From assembly GCA_963575745.1 (NCBI GenBank), contig CAUYUJ010000222.1, positions 1 to 64,000 on the forward strand: a stretch of DNA of 64,000 bases. The letters run 5' to 3'. Shown piece after piece: positions 12,669-24,681 of the stretch. This DNA is from Prorocentrum cordatum. Taxonomy: Eukaryota. Made by a program: the position numbers and the translations under genes. Position 1 is the stretch's first letter, and the number at the start of each line of letters is the position of its first letter. The notes beneath the pieces were generated by a model. The model was not told the origin of the DNA. It made no database searches and saw only the letters and a list, made by a program, of their open reading frames with translations.

Positions 12669-14633
12669 TTCTATCTATAAATATATATACATATATATAT
12701 ATATATATATTAGTGTGTATGCCCTCCTCCTTCGCCCTGTCTCCTCTGCATTCCTTCTCATCCATATTCATTCCTCCTCCTCCCCCTCCTCCTCCTCACC
12801 CATCCTTTACCCTTTTCTTCTTCCTTCTCATCCCCCGCACTCTCGTTCCTCATCATTCCCCCTCGCATCCCCCCTCGCCCCAGGTACCCAGCGGCGGCCA
12901 CTACGGCCCCACCAAGCCCGCCTCGGCCCGCGGGGCTCCCAGGAGACGGCCACGGCGACGACGACGGCGACGACGGTCACCACAACGAGGACAAAGAGCG
13001 CGATGGTGGCGACTGCGACGACGACGATGAGGAAGAAGGAGATGGCGTCGTCGACGACGGCCGCCACGGCCACGACAACGACGGTGACTACGGCGAGGAC
13101 GGCGCCGTCGACAACGGCGATTGCCTCGACGACGAGGGCAAAGACTCTCCCCCACTCCCGATCCTCCATCTCCTGTCCCTATTCAGGCTGTGCATCCTGG
13201 GCCTGGGCCTACTACGGCCCGGCGGCTCTCGACGCACATCTCGCGAACAGATGGGTACGGCACGATGTGCCACCGCCGCCGCCCCAGCTCCATATCGCTC
13301 GAGCGCGAGGCTCTTTGGCGTCTCCGCCCGTGTGCTTCCGCCCGTTGGCTTCCCGCGGTTGCCGAGTCTTCCACACTACTCTGGATGGGACTATAGTCGC
13401 CCCCCCCCCCCCTGGATCCGCTGGGGGGGTTCGGCACGTGCTGTCGGCACGGGTGGAGGGGGGGTTGGGGGAGGAGGAGGAGGAGGAGGAGGAGGAGGGG
13501 AGAGGAGGAGGAGGAGAAGGAGGACGAGGGAGGAGGAGGAGGAGGTTTGGAGGGAAGGGGAGGAGGAGGGAGGAGGGGAGGAGGAGGAGGAGGGAGGGAG
13601 GGGGAGGAGGAGGAGACGAGGAGGAGGGAGGAGGAGGAGGAGAGGAGGAGGAGGTGGAAGAGGGGGGGGGGGCGGATGGGCAAGCTCCGTCGGATGGTTA
13701 GTCGCCCACCCCTCGATTAATATCCCACCCAGAATAGGCGTGCAGCTAACCGCGTTGATGTGTCCTCCGTCGTCCGTCGTGTCCGCGCTGTCGTGGGCAC
13801 GGCGAGCTGTTCGCCGTGTCTCAGGGTCCAGAGGGCCGCACACACGTTCGCGGACACGCCTGTTGCTAGGGCACCCCACAGTCCGCTTACACATCGGTCG
13901 TTGAAAGTAGGTAAGTTCGGAGTCCCAGATTTCAATATACTTCAAGCGCCTTCCTGTTACAATGATCGGGTGGCTTCACCTTTTCCGTCCTCTTCCGGGG
14001 GGCGGGCGGACACCCGATCTACCAGCATTGTTTTCCTATGTCATATTTCTATATCTTTCTTCCGACCGATGGGTACGCCAGTTTGACCATGGCGTGTGCC
14101 AGAGACGTGCAGTTGTCCTCTCTCAGTCGCCTTAGTGCGAAGACATGTCGGCTTGTCTCTTCCGTTGTCTCGTCTACGTGCCGTCTTGGAGCCGAAGATA
14201 TGTTTCATCATTGAGGCGTGCCTCGCAGGGTCGAGTCTTGCCAATTGTACCTTGCTTGGACCAGGGACATGTCGCAAGCATCACACCAGAACTGCCCCTT
14301 GTTGTTTGCTTGTGTTGCTTTGCTCCCTGGCCCCCGAGTTGTTGCTCACCGTTCTCTGTAGTGTATGTGTTCATGTAGTGCCCGTGCGGAGCGTTTTAAT
14401 ACCGCGAACTATTATGCGAGTTGCAGCGCCTTCTTTTGCTGGCAGGCTCTCGGCTCCATCACCGTCACAATCCCGAATAAAAAATCTCCGCTGATCTGTC
14501 TGCTCATCATGCTTCCTCATGCTCCTCCTCCTGCTCCTCCTGCTCCTCCTGCTCCTCCTTCCCCTCCTCATCCTCCTCATCCTCCGCCTCCTCCTCCTCC
14601 TCCTCCTCCTCCTCCGCCTCCGCCTCCGCCTCC

Positions 14634-14665
<32 letters not shown>

Positions 14666-15599
14666 CTCCTCCTCCTCCTCCTCCTCCTCCTCCTCCTCCT
14701 CTTCCTCTTCCTCTCCTCATCAATACCCTCTTCCTCTTCTTCTGTTTGCTCCCCACCATCATCATACTCATTCCTCGTCGTCCTGCGCCGCATCCTGTTG
14801 CCCTGGCTTCTGTTCCTCTTCATCGCGCGACAAGTCTTGCAACTGCATTTTGGGAACGAAGCTCCTCTAGGACACCCAGTTTGCGGATAGAAAGGACTCA
14901 GCACAATGGTACAAGGTTGGCAAGGGGGGGTAGGATGCCAGGTGTGGCGCGAGCGCGCCTCGCTAGTCCTCTTCCTCTCCTCCCCTCCTCCGCCCCGGCC
15001 CCCGAGGAGGCGGCATCCCCAGGGCCCGCTGCAGGACCCCAGGGGGGCGCGGCGCGGGGAGGCGGGCCGGCGGCGTCGCATCGCTGCAGCCAGTCAGCTG
15101 GCCCAGCGGCCATGCTGATTTTGCACAGCTCCGACATTCGATGTTGTTTTGGTCTCCCCCTTCCCGGTGCTTCATGAGCGCTCAGCTCACATGGCGACCG
15201 AGCGCAAGCGGGCTGCCATCCCAGATCTTGGTGCCCTCTCGTGCGCCAGCGCAAAAGGTATCGCGGCTGCTGCAGGCAGGGAGAGAAGTGTAGATTGACG
15301 AGCTTCCTTGGCCGACAAGCCGAAGCCGATGAGCCAGGCCTCTGCAAGCACAGCATGAAGACTCCGCAATCGAAATCAACCTTTCCGAAATGCCCACGAT
15401 GACGACGACAATGACGGCGAGGTAGCATCATGACGACAGGCACGTGATGCAGGTGAACCTAGAGCCTCGGATGCACAGATTCAAGACGCCAACCTTTTCA
15501 AAAACGTCCTTGAAGCCAAGCCAGCGAAAGTATCTTGGTACATGCTCAGCGAAGCTGCTAGCATTGGACTAACATGTATATACATATATTATATAAATA

Positions 15600-15645
<46 letters not shown>

Positions 15646-15692
15646 TGTACACATTTGAATACACGTATAACTATATATATATGTATGTATAG

Positions 15693-15735
<43 letters not shown>

Positions 15736-15814
15736 ATATAATATATATAATATTATATATATATATATCGAATAGCCTTCGGTCCATCCCACTACCGTGC
15801 CTGGACTCTGCTTC

Positions 15815-16390
15815 AGAGGCCTCGTGGATGCATGTGATTGTATCTCGGGGTGCCTCTCAGGAGACTCCTGCAGGGCCTACTAGAGGCTTCTGGGGTACCT
15901 TTCGGAGGCATATTGGGGCATTGGGGGAAGCTCGACGTGTCCGTTCATGTTCCCCCTTGTGGGGCCCTTTTTCGGGGCGCTGTTCGATGCCTCTTGGACC
16001 GTCTTGGGGGCCTTGTGGGCTGCTTCGGGGCCCTCTTAGAGCGTCTTGGGCCCCTCTTGGGAGCTTGTCGGGTAGTTGTGGGGCGCGATTGGGGGGTTAT
16101 TGGGCCGTTGTGGGGCGTTGGACAGTGAGAAAGGCGAAAAGGTTAAAATGTTTCAAAGATAGCAGGAAACTCAATAATTTGACCGATTGAGGCCCCTGTA
16201 AGGCTCCTCTTGGAGCGCTCTTGGGGCCTCCTGGGCCGTCTTGAAGCTATCTTGGGCGTCTGGGAACGAGACTGGGGCGACGTGGGCCCTTTGAGACAGT
16301 TCTGAGTACGTTTTGGGGCCATCTAGGCCAGTTTGGGGGGCTTCCTGGGCGGGGCTGCCGTCCCAGAACGCGTGGGAAACCCGAGGTCCG
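15815..16390 (+). repeat. Diverged TCTTGG-rich repeat family member next to (TA)n 15575-15768
   Basis: Same GGGCC(G)TCTTG(G) units and an A-rich AAAGGCGAAAA...TCAA core. Confidence 0.65.
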
Positions 16391-16394
16391 AGTT

Positions 16395-19300
16395 TGAAGG
16401 AACGCTGCGAAAGAGGAGCGATATGATGTTTGCATGTTTCGCGTGCCCCACCGCCGCCTTGACTCAAGGTGGCGCCGCCCCATGTTTTCTAACAGCGGTG
16501 CACGATCTGTAGCAGCGATTGGGAAAGGGGCACCTCCCCCATCTCATCGCCACCACTGCCACTGTACCTTTGCACGTCTACACCCTTTTCACTTGACCAT
16601 CCAATGGCGAGCACCGCTTCGATTTGGTAGCGGGGCTGCCGCGTATGCGGCAGTTATGTTCGTTCTCGCCGCTGGCGTGCTGACGATCAACTAGATCTAC
16701 GCCGATCACCCCCCACATCAACATATACGTGGAAGCGGAGGTGACTTCGAGGACAAGAGCACCGCGAAAGCTTCTCTGGACGCCTATTTTGCCGTCACCA
16801 AGTACCACGCTACCACTACATCTCCACCTACGGCGACCGGGACCCCATACCCGCGAGGAAACTCGACCGCGCTACCGAAGGCCTTGTTCTCTACCTCGAC
16901 AACATCAAGGTCTACGAGCGCGCGAAGAACCTCGACCGCAACATCAAAGACGTTGGCCTAGACCTCACCATTTCCAAACACAACACCGAACCCATTTCCT
17001 ACAACACACGAGCGCAGGAACGCGATCTACAGCTAGTCCATCGAGATCGAGGAGCGCTGACATGCGAACCTTTCTCAAGTCCCAGCTGGTCGCGGACACG
17101 CGACCAGCACCCCCGTCTACGATCACAGCCGCAGGCGTCTTCTCCCTTTGGTTTCAATACCGGAGCCTCGCCATCTTTTGGAGACTGGTAGTTGGCATCG
17201 GCATGTTCACCGGCCATGCGACGAGCGAGCGCGAGGGCGACCAGACGCGGAGAACTTCCTGGGACCCCGCTGGGAATGCACTCCACCGCGCGGGGACTCG
17301 CGAAGTACACTCGCGGCCCAAAGTCCACTCTGGACGGATGACGCCATCCCAGCTGGAGGCCGTTCTCCAGGGGGGCCTCTAAGGCTTAGCGAGGAGCAGT
17401 GCCACGCGGACCCCGCCGGGCGCTATCAACTTCGGGACCGAAGCCGAAGTAAACGGAGACCGGACGGATCCAGCGCCGCACGCGCTGCATTCGTTGCCAC
17501 AGAAGTTTGAATGGTCTGAAGAGGAGCTCGAATTACAAGAAGGAGTTGATTTTAAGGACGTAAGAGTACAAATCAATGAACGCACGCAGAGGCAGCGTTC
17601 TGGCACGTTGGAAGATAGCCCGCATGGAGGCTGAGGCAACGGCTTCGGACTGGAGGATTCCCAGCTGCTGTTCACGACCCTTGTCAGGGCACGACCAGCA
17701 CCACCACGCGAGACTCTTTCACGCCTGCTACCTTTCAATCGCAGATTGCCACGCACCGAGCAGGACTACGACCGACCACTTGAGGCCACGAGACGACCAC
17801 GCCATAGTGTCAAACGCATGCCTGGGAATTCTGCACATTCGTGGTGGCCCAGAAAGATGCGCTCACACGCGACAGTCGCGACAGTCTTCGCGGGGGAGAA
17901 ACGCGCGACAGAAGGACAAGAAAACCAGGAGCCCCAGCAGCAGGGTGGTGGACCATGGCGCCCTATACCCCACAGGCCCCCCGAGGCGCCCATGCTAACT
18001 CGACCGCCTGGGCGCCACCTGCAGCCGCAGTTGCAGCGGCGGCGCCCACGGCCGCGCCGACATTTATTGTCTGGGAGAATCCGACGGAGAAAGACGATAG
18101 TGGCACCGAGTCAGGCGGCACTTCCTCCATCGGAGATGGAGACAACGCATGGGTTGACTCATCTGACCTCCCACAAGCCGAACACGCTCAGGAACTCTTC
18201 TACTTGCCGCTACTGGGCGCTGGAGACGCCAAGTGCGTCTGCCTGTTCGAGGAGTTCGCAGGTTCGCGAAGCAAGCCATCGGGAGCAGCGATAGGTGAGC
18301 GAGGAGGCCGTTGACGATTCGGCGACAACGCCCACGAGGAGTTGTTCTTTGGGGGCCGCGGCAATGGTGGCAAAGGATCCGTCGAAGGCGGCGGCGCGGG
18401 CCTGGAGGGGCCAACACCTGGAGGGCCAAAATCGCAAGCCCCAGGCCACGGGCCCCACGGTGAGCACAGCCCCGTTCCGGGGGCCGCCAGTCCCCGAGAG
18501 GCAACTCTTGTGCCCCCCATGAGTGGCTCGTCACGCGCGCCATGAAGAGGCGCTATTTGCCCGTTAAAATGCAGGGCGGGAAAACGAAGACCACGCAGCA
18601 GAAGAATGACAGGTAACATCGAACAGCGCGCACAAGCAATGGCGCAGACCAGCGAACATCCAAAGCGAAGCAAGAGTGCACTCCTCGGGGAACGCTGTCG
18701 AGATTCCGACACGGATAGCGGGGCCGCCAAGGATCACGCTAAAGTGCACGAGGCGAACGCGCACTAGACGGACTCCGGAGACGATGGCTCGGATCGCGGC
18801 GAGAGATTGCGCGAGCGCGCTCGACATAGCAGCCCCCCAACATCACATGATCAGCACCCAGGCCCGGAAGCCCGCGAGCTCTCGACCCCCGCGAGACACC
18901 AGTGATAGCCACTCTGATTGCACGAGGGAAGGCCAGACCGTCTTCTTCGAGCCCTCGCGACAGTCGAAGCAAGGAGAACAAGAAGAGGAAGTCCGACACG
19001 TGCAAACATCAACAGTTCAGTCTGCCACCAAGCACTCCGCGAGCACGGGCACCTCGGGAAACGTCGTGCCCCAAGAACATGAAGAGACAAAATGAATGAC
19101 CGTGCCCCTCCACCTGTCGAAGTAGGTCTTACCGAACAAAACTGCATCGCCCCGACGTAGGACGCGCGCCGCGTGACGAACACGAGCCACCCCAAACCAA
19201 TGCAACAGGAACGAAGATTCGCGTCTGGAGCGACCCACGCACGTCTGCCCCTCCACACCACGGTTAATGTTTCGACAAGCTAAAACAACTCAGGGACGCG

Positions 19301-21195
19301 CAACCACCCTAGGAAGTACTTGCGCCACCCAAAAGGTACATAATCTTAGCCGCCCAACCAACAACAAACTGCACACCACTGCCGATAGACACGGCGCCGA
19401 TGAAAAGAACGAGGCCAGCCGTGTCCCCTTCCCGGCGAGTGCCCAAGATATTGGAGCCGCAGCACCACAGGGAGAGGCAAAGTATCCCGAATCCGACAAT
19501 GATCGTCGGGCACAAGAAAGGGACGATTCCAGAACCCAGTCGGTAAGGACGACAAGATTATGACGTGCCACAATTGTGGGCTCACCCAACATCTTGCTGG
19601 CATGCAACTCAATGGCCAAGGACGCTGCCAGTCTTCCACGGCGGACACATTGATCACTGGCACGGCTGAGGCCTCAGACTTGCCCGGGCATCATCAACAG
19701 GAGGTCCTCTATTTCGTAGACGCCAACGGAGAATATATGTATTGGGTATCTGAACATGCTATGGAGCAGCATCAATATCAAAAACAGTACTCCATCATAG
19801 ACTGGCTCGTGGGAACACGGCCCCAGCGGATCGTGTCAGATGATATTGAGACGCCGCCACCGCTTCCCCTGGCACTGGAACGAAAACACACGCACGGCAT
19901 GGGATATGAGATCGGCGACGACCACGACGACATGTTGCACCCGAACGCTTCGTCATCGCCCCAACCGACTCGTGGGCCCACTCAACCATTTGACCCCAAT
20001 TGGCCGCTGCGTGCACACGAGCCCGAAGCCTTACACCTACATTACCCTGGCGCTGGGCCACCACAGCACCCGTTGGATACTATGTCGCCATGTAAGTTGT
20101 ACCATACATAGCGAAGAGCTATCTGATTGTCCGGTCTGCTCGTTGACATTTCTCATGGCTGATGTTCAATCGTGGCACATATATTTTCTCCAGCAATGAC
20201 TGTACGACACCTACTGAGAAGACCCTAGTGGGAAACATCAGCTGGTTACAAGAGCTTGACCTCGGCATCGTCAACCATTTTCAATGATGTGACACCCGCG
20301 ATATGACGGTGCATGGTATCACAAAGGGTACTATTGACCGAGACTGACGTCTAAAAATCATGGCCGAATATCAGGGTAACAATCATGAGGTGACGGTGCA
20401 TGTTCTGCATCGAGGAAAATAAACCTCCCATCTCCAATCAGCGACCGGTGTGGCTGCTCACGCGCATCCAAAGAACCTGGAGACATGGCGGACTATTCAT
20501 TCGCAGCCGCAGTGTGTGCGTAGAGAGGGAGGGCTCTCTTGCTGACACCATGCCGGGCTTCCGCGGACCCGCGACTGTTCACCGTCGGCGCAGTCCCACG
20601 CCCACGTCACACCCCGTTGCCGTGGAATCGCGACCACGCTCAATCTTAGCCGAGCCGACTTGGGACCAGTTCCCATATGTCACATGTCAGGTTTTCAGGA
20701 CCGACCCTGGCCAGTCCTACTCGACCTAGATAATCAAGTTTGCATCCTCCCAATACCTTTCGATGCTCTGATGTTGGAACCACGGACACGCGATTCACCG
20801 CGACTCCCATTTCGGGCAGCGTTGTGTCATGATTGATTATGTCGGTTGTTGAAGTATTCAACTACCAATCTCGTTTTGCTGAACACTGCTCCAGTGGTTG
20901 GAACCACCAACACTTGACCCTTTGCTTTACGCAACGCGTTTTTGCGTTATATACCAAGGTGGTGGCGGGCATGCTTTGCCATCCCCCCCGCATGATTTGA
21001 AAGGAACGCTCTGAGGGAAGCGAAATGTTACATGTCGCGTTTGTCCCGCCGCCGCCTTGGCCCAAGGCGGCGCCGCACCACTTGCTTCTGAGCGACACAG
21101 AGTCATTTCCTCCATCTCATCGCCACCAGTGACACTGCACCCTTCCACCTTCGACACCCCTTCATTTCACCATACAATAGCGAGCACTGGTTCGA
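16395..21195 (+). mobile_element. Decayed LTR-retrotransposon-like element (gag-like remnant, no intact pol seen)
   Basis: Diverged ~200-230-bp direct repeats at 16395-16622 and 20998-21195 (TGAA(A)GGAACGCT...CCGCCGCCTTG.C.CAAGG.GGCGCCGC...CCATCTCATCGCCACCA...GCGAGCAC...TTCGA); PBS-like TGGTAGCGGG at 16625; NPVGKDDKIMTCHNCGLTQHLA is a broken CX2CX4HX4C knuckle at ~19530-19610. Confidence 0.55.
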
Positions 21196-21514
21196 CTCTT
21201 CGGGCTGTTAGGAACCTTCTGACCCCAGTGCCTGTCAGGGTTGCATGAGTCTTGGGGCTTTCCACTTCGTGCTGAAGGCACGGTAGCGGATCTATATGTA
21301 TGTGTGTCTACGTCACACTCCTCCAGGGGCCGCCCGATGTACGTACAGATGTTCGTGCGATGTCGGCCCAGCAGACACGCTCAAGCATTGCGTTATATGC
21401 CCTTGTCATGTGGTCGTGAGCCTACCAAGACGGGAACGCCCCACACCAGAATCTCGCATCGAGGCTCGGATTTGACCACGCCCCGAGTGCACAAGTTATC
21501 GAAGTCCCCGGACC

Positions 21515-21690
21515 TTCGACGTCATGATTTTTTTCATGACGTCGACCCCCAGAGCCCTCGACCTATTCCTGGGGAAGCGTTTTTCATCTTGAATCGTGCT
21601 TTCAAGGTCCCGAGGCCTGGTAAGGGCCCTCAGAGGCCGAAAATAGGGAAAAACCTCCTGTTGTGATTTTTTCATGTTTCGAGGGGGTCT
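21515..21690 (+). repeat. Dispersed repeat family with a CGACGTCATGA-loop-TCATGACGTCG palindrome (copy at ~63612-63790; diverged relative ~52750-52930)
   Basis: Shared palindrome plus downstream TTTTCATC(T/C)TGA(A/G)TCGT...GGTAAGGGCCC. Confidence 0.7.
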
Positions 21691-21889
21691 GAGTCTTGCG
21701 TATGCATCTGATGTGAACAGTACCCTCCTAGCAACGCCGTCCACCTCGCCCACGGAGGAGGAGTGGACTGGCCATATCTGTACGTAGAATTCGCCGAACG
21801 GCCATGGCATTCGTCGACCTCTCGAGAGCACCCGCGCAGGCTCTCCTGGAGGATCTCGTGGGTGCTCGCCTTTGAGTGCGAGCGATATT

Positions 21890-21971
21890 TATATATACGT
21901 ATATACATACCTACCTACCTACCTACCTACCTACCTACCGGCTTACCTACCTACCTACCTACCTACCTACC

Positions 21972-22003
<32 letters not shown>

Positions 22004-23040
22004 CATACATATACATACATGCATGCACACATGCATACATGCATACATGCCTACATGCATACATGCATACATGCATACACATATGCATACATGCATACAT
22101 ACATACATGTACGTATACATGAACACGCACACTCACCTATATATAAATATATATATGTTGTGCTGGCCTCCGGCCAGTGTCGCCGATCCAGGGCGTTCCG
22201 CATAATGATGATTATGATGATGAGGATGATGATGATAATGATGATGATGATGGTGATGGTGATTGTGATGTTGTTGATGATGATTATGGTGATGCTAATG
22301 ATAACAATGGTGGCAAAGATGATGATGATTAGAACAATAGTTATCATGATAATAGACATGGTGAAGGACATGAAGATGGTGATGACGACGACGAGAATCT
22401 GGATTGTGATGCTGGTGATGGTGATGGTGGTTGTGCTGATGATAGCGGTGTGCTCACAATGATGTTGACAATTATGGTGACGTTGGTGTCGATGTTGATG
22501 ATGTGAATTCTCAGGGTACAGGATGATGCAGTTGGTGAGGACGGCGATGGTGATGGTGATGCTGTTGATGATGGTGATGATTTTGATGATGATGATAATG
22601 ATGTTCTTGAGAATGATGAGGGTGATGACGTTGACCATGGTGATGGTGGTGGGGATGTTGATGACGACGTGTATGATGAAGATAATGAAGAAGAGGTAGG
22701 CCATCATATTCTGCGTCTTCCGTTTCCACTCCTTGTGGAATTCATAAGGGGCCGTCCTGGGGTTGTTTTTGGCTTCTGCGAGGAAGGTGGACGAGGATGG
22801 AGGAGGGAGGACGAGGGAGGAGGGAGGAAGGAGGAGGCAAGAGGTAGGGGGGAGGAGGGGGGAGGGAGGAGGGAGAAAGGAGGAGGGAGGGAGGGATGAT
22901 GAGGGGAGGAGGAGGTAGAGGGAGGAGGAGCATCGAGGAAGAGCATGAGGAGGAGAGGAGGAGGGAGGAGAGGAGGAGGAGGAGAGGTGGAGGTGGAGGA
23001 GAGGAGAGAGAGAGGAGGAGGAGAGGAGGAGGAGAAGTGG
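21890..23040. repeat. Microsatellite cluster: (CCTA)n/(CATA)n, (ATG)n, (GGA)n
   Basis: Direct inspection. Confidence 0.9.
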
Positions 23041-23124
23041 AGGCGCCCTCTTGGGCCGTTTTAGGGCCGTCTTGGGAGCCTCTTGTGCCGTCTTGACGCG
23101 GTCTCGGGGGCCTCTGGGACCGTC

Positions 23125-23895
23125 GGAAGCGAAGCCCCCCCGCATCCGAGCACTCCATGGCGCCGGGAATGGCGTCCCCCCCCCCCCCTGCAGAGCGAGC
23201 CCTCCCCCCCCGGCTCCCGAGCACTGAATGGCGTCGGGAATGGCGTCCCCCCCCCCTGCCAAGCGAACCCCCCCTCCCAGCACTCGTCCACCCCCCCCCT
23301 TGCAGCGAACCCTCCCCCCCCCGCCCAGCTCCCGAGCACTGAATGGCGTCGGGAACGGCCCCCCCCTCCCCCCCCCCTTTGCAGAGCGAACGAACCCCCC
23401 CCAGCTCCCGAGCACTGACTGGCATCAGGAATCTCGTTCCCCCCCCCCCTTGCAGAGCGAGAACCCCCCCCGGCTCCCGAGCACTCGTCCACCCCCCCCT
23501 GCAGAGCGAACCCTCCCCCCCCCCGACTCCCGAGCACTCATCCCCTCCCCCCTTGCACAGCGAACCCGCCCTCTCCCCGGCTCCCACCACTGAATGGCGT
23601 CGGGACTGGCGTCCCCCACCAACCCCCCTTGCACAGCGAACCCGCCCTCCCCCCGGCTCCCGAGCACTGAATGGCGTCGGAATGGCGTCCCCCCCCCTTG
23701 CAGAGCGACCCCCCCCCCCGGCTCCCGAGCACTCGTCCACCCACCCACCCCCCCTTGAAGAGCGAACCCCCCCGGCTCCCTAGCATTGAATGGCGTCGGA
23801 AATGGCGTCCCCCCACCCCTTGCAGAGCGAACCCCCCTTTGGCCCCCGAGCACTGAATGGCGTCGGGAATGGCGCCCCCCCCCCTTGCAGAGCGA
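23125..23895 (+). repeat. C-rich minisatellite (CCCCTTGCAGAGCGAACCC...GGCTCCCGAGCACT[GAATGGCGTCGGGAATGGCGT])
   Basis: About a dozen variable-length units. Confidence 0.9.
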
Positions 23896-23929
23896 AGCTT
23901 GAGCGAGCTCAAGTCCACCCTCTCACAAA

Positions 23930-24341
23930 CTCACACGCCGGATCAGCACCAGCGGCGGCCTCCGCCCTCCTGGACCAGTTCGTGGTGTTCGGCAAACAGG
24001 CGTCAGCGTTGCCCCCGAAGTTTCGGGCATCGCGATGCTTCAAGATCGAGTACAGCCAAAACGCCGAGGACGGCCTCCAGGACGACGTGGCCATGACTAA
24101 GTGGATATTTGCCATCCCCTTGTGCCGCGAGATAGAGTCATTGTTGATGCAGTCTCGTGAGGCACAGTTATTCCGTGGCATCGGCCTAGAGCTGGACTTC
24201 GACCACGGCCCGAGGAGCAAAGCAGCTAAAAATGTGGCGAAGATAGCCTTCGGATCTGATAGGGCTAAGGGGAGTGACAAAGGCAAAGGTGGTCTCTTCT
24301 CGAAGAAAGTGAGAGCGCGAGGCGAACGGGGTCCGAGCTAG
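23930..24341 (+). pseudogene. 5'-truncated coding-like fragment, unknown family
   Basis: Complex protein-like run LLDQFVVFGKQ...CFKIEY...TKWIFAIPLCREIESLLMQ...LELDFDHGPRSKAAKNVAKIAFG to TAG at 24341; no N-terminus. Confidence 0.35.
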
Positions 24342-24435
24342 CCGCAGAGGTGGTTTGCACGCGTCGAGGCAGGAGCCTGCCTTGATGATGGCTACGCCAA
24401 GCACGCTGAAGCCTCCTGGACGGGCAAGCGAGGTG

Positions 24436-24479
<44 letters not shown>

Positions 24480-24480
<1 letters not shown>

Positions 24481-24513
24481 CCGTATCCATGTTGGCTCAA
24501 GTGTTGGCTCAAG
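24480..24513 (+). other. Degenerate DinoSL relic plus partial tandem copy
   Basis: TCCGTATCCATGTTGGCTCAAG (20/22 match to DinoSL) followed by TGTTGGCTCAAG. Confidence 0.88.
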
Positions 24514-24681
24514 TGCAAGTGGCACCGCCGCGCGCGCCCCGGGCCCCTCCCCGCGCGCGCGGCAGCCCGCCGTCGGCCGGCATGTGCGGCTGCTGAGGCT
24601 GGCGCTGCCCTTGCAGTGCTACGCAGCCTGCCCCTCGCAGGTCTGCGTCGCGGAGTGCCCCACCGCCGTGGTCTATGTTCA

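Noticed and set aside
15182..15397. WD40-like FCAGAREGTKIWD fragment on the minus strand
   Set aside because: A single short motif with no additional repeats or clear exon boundaries.
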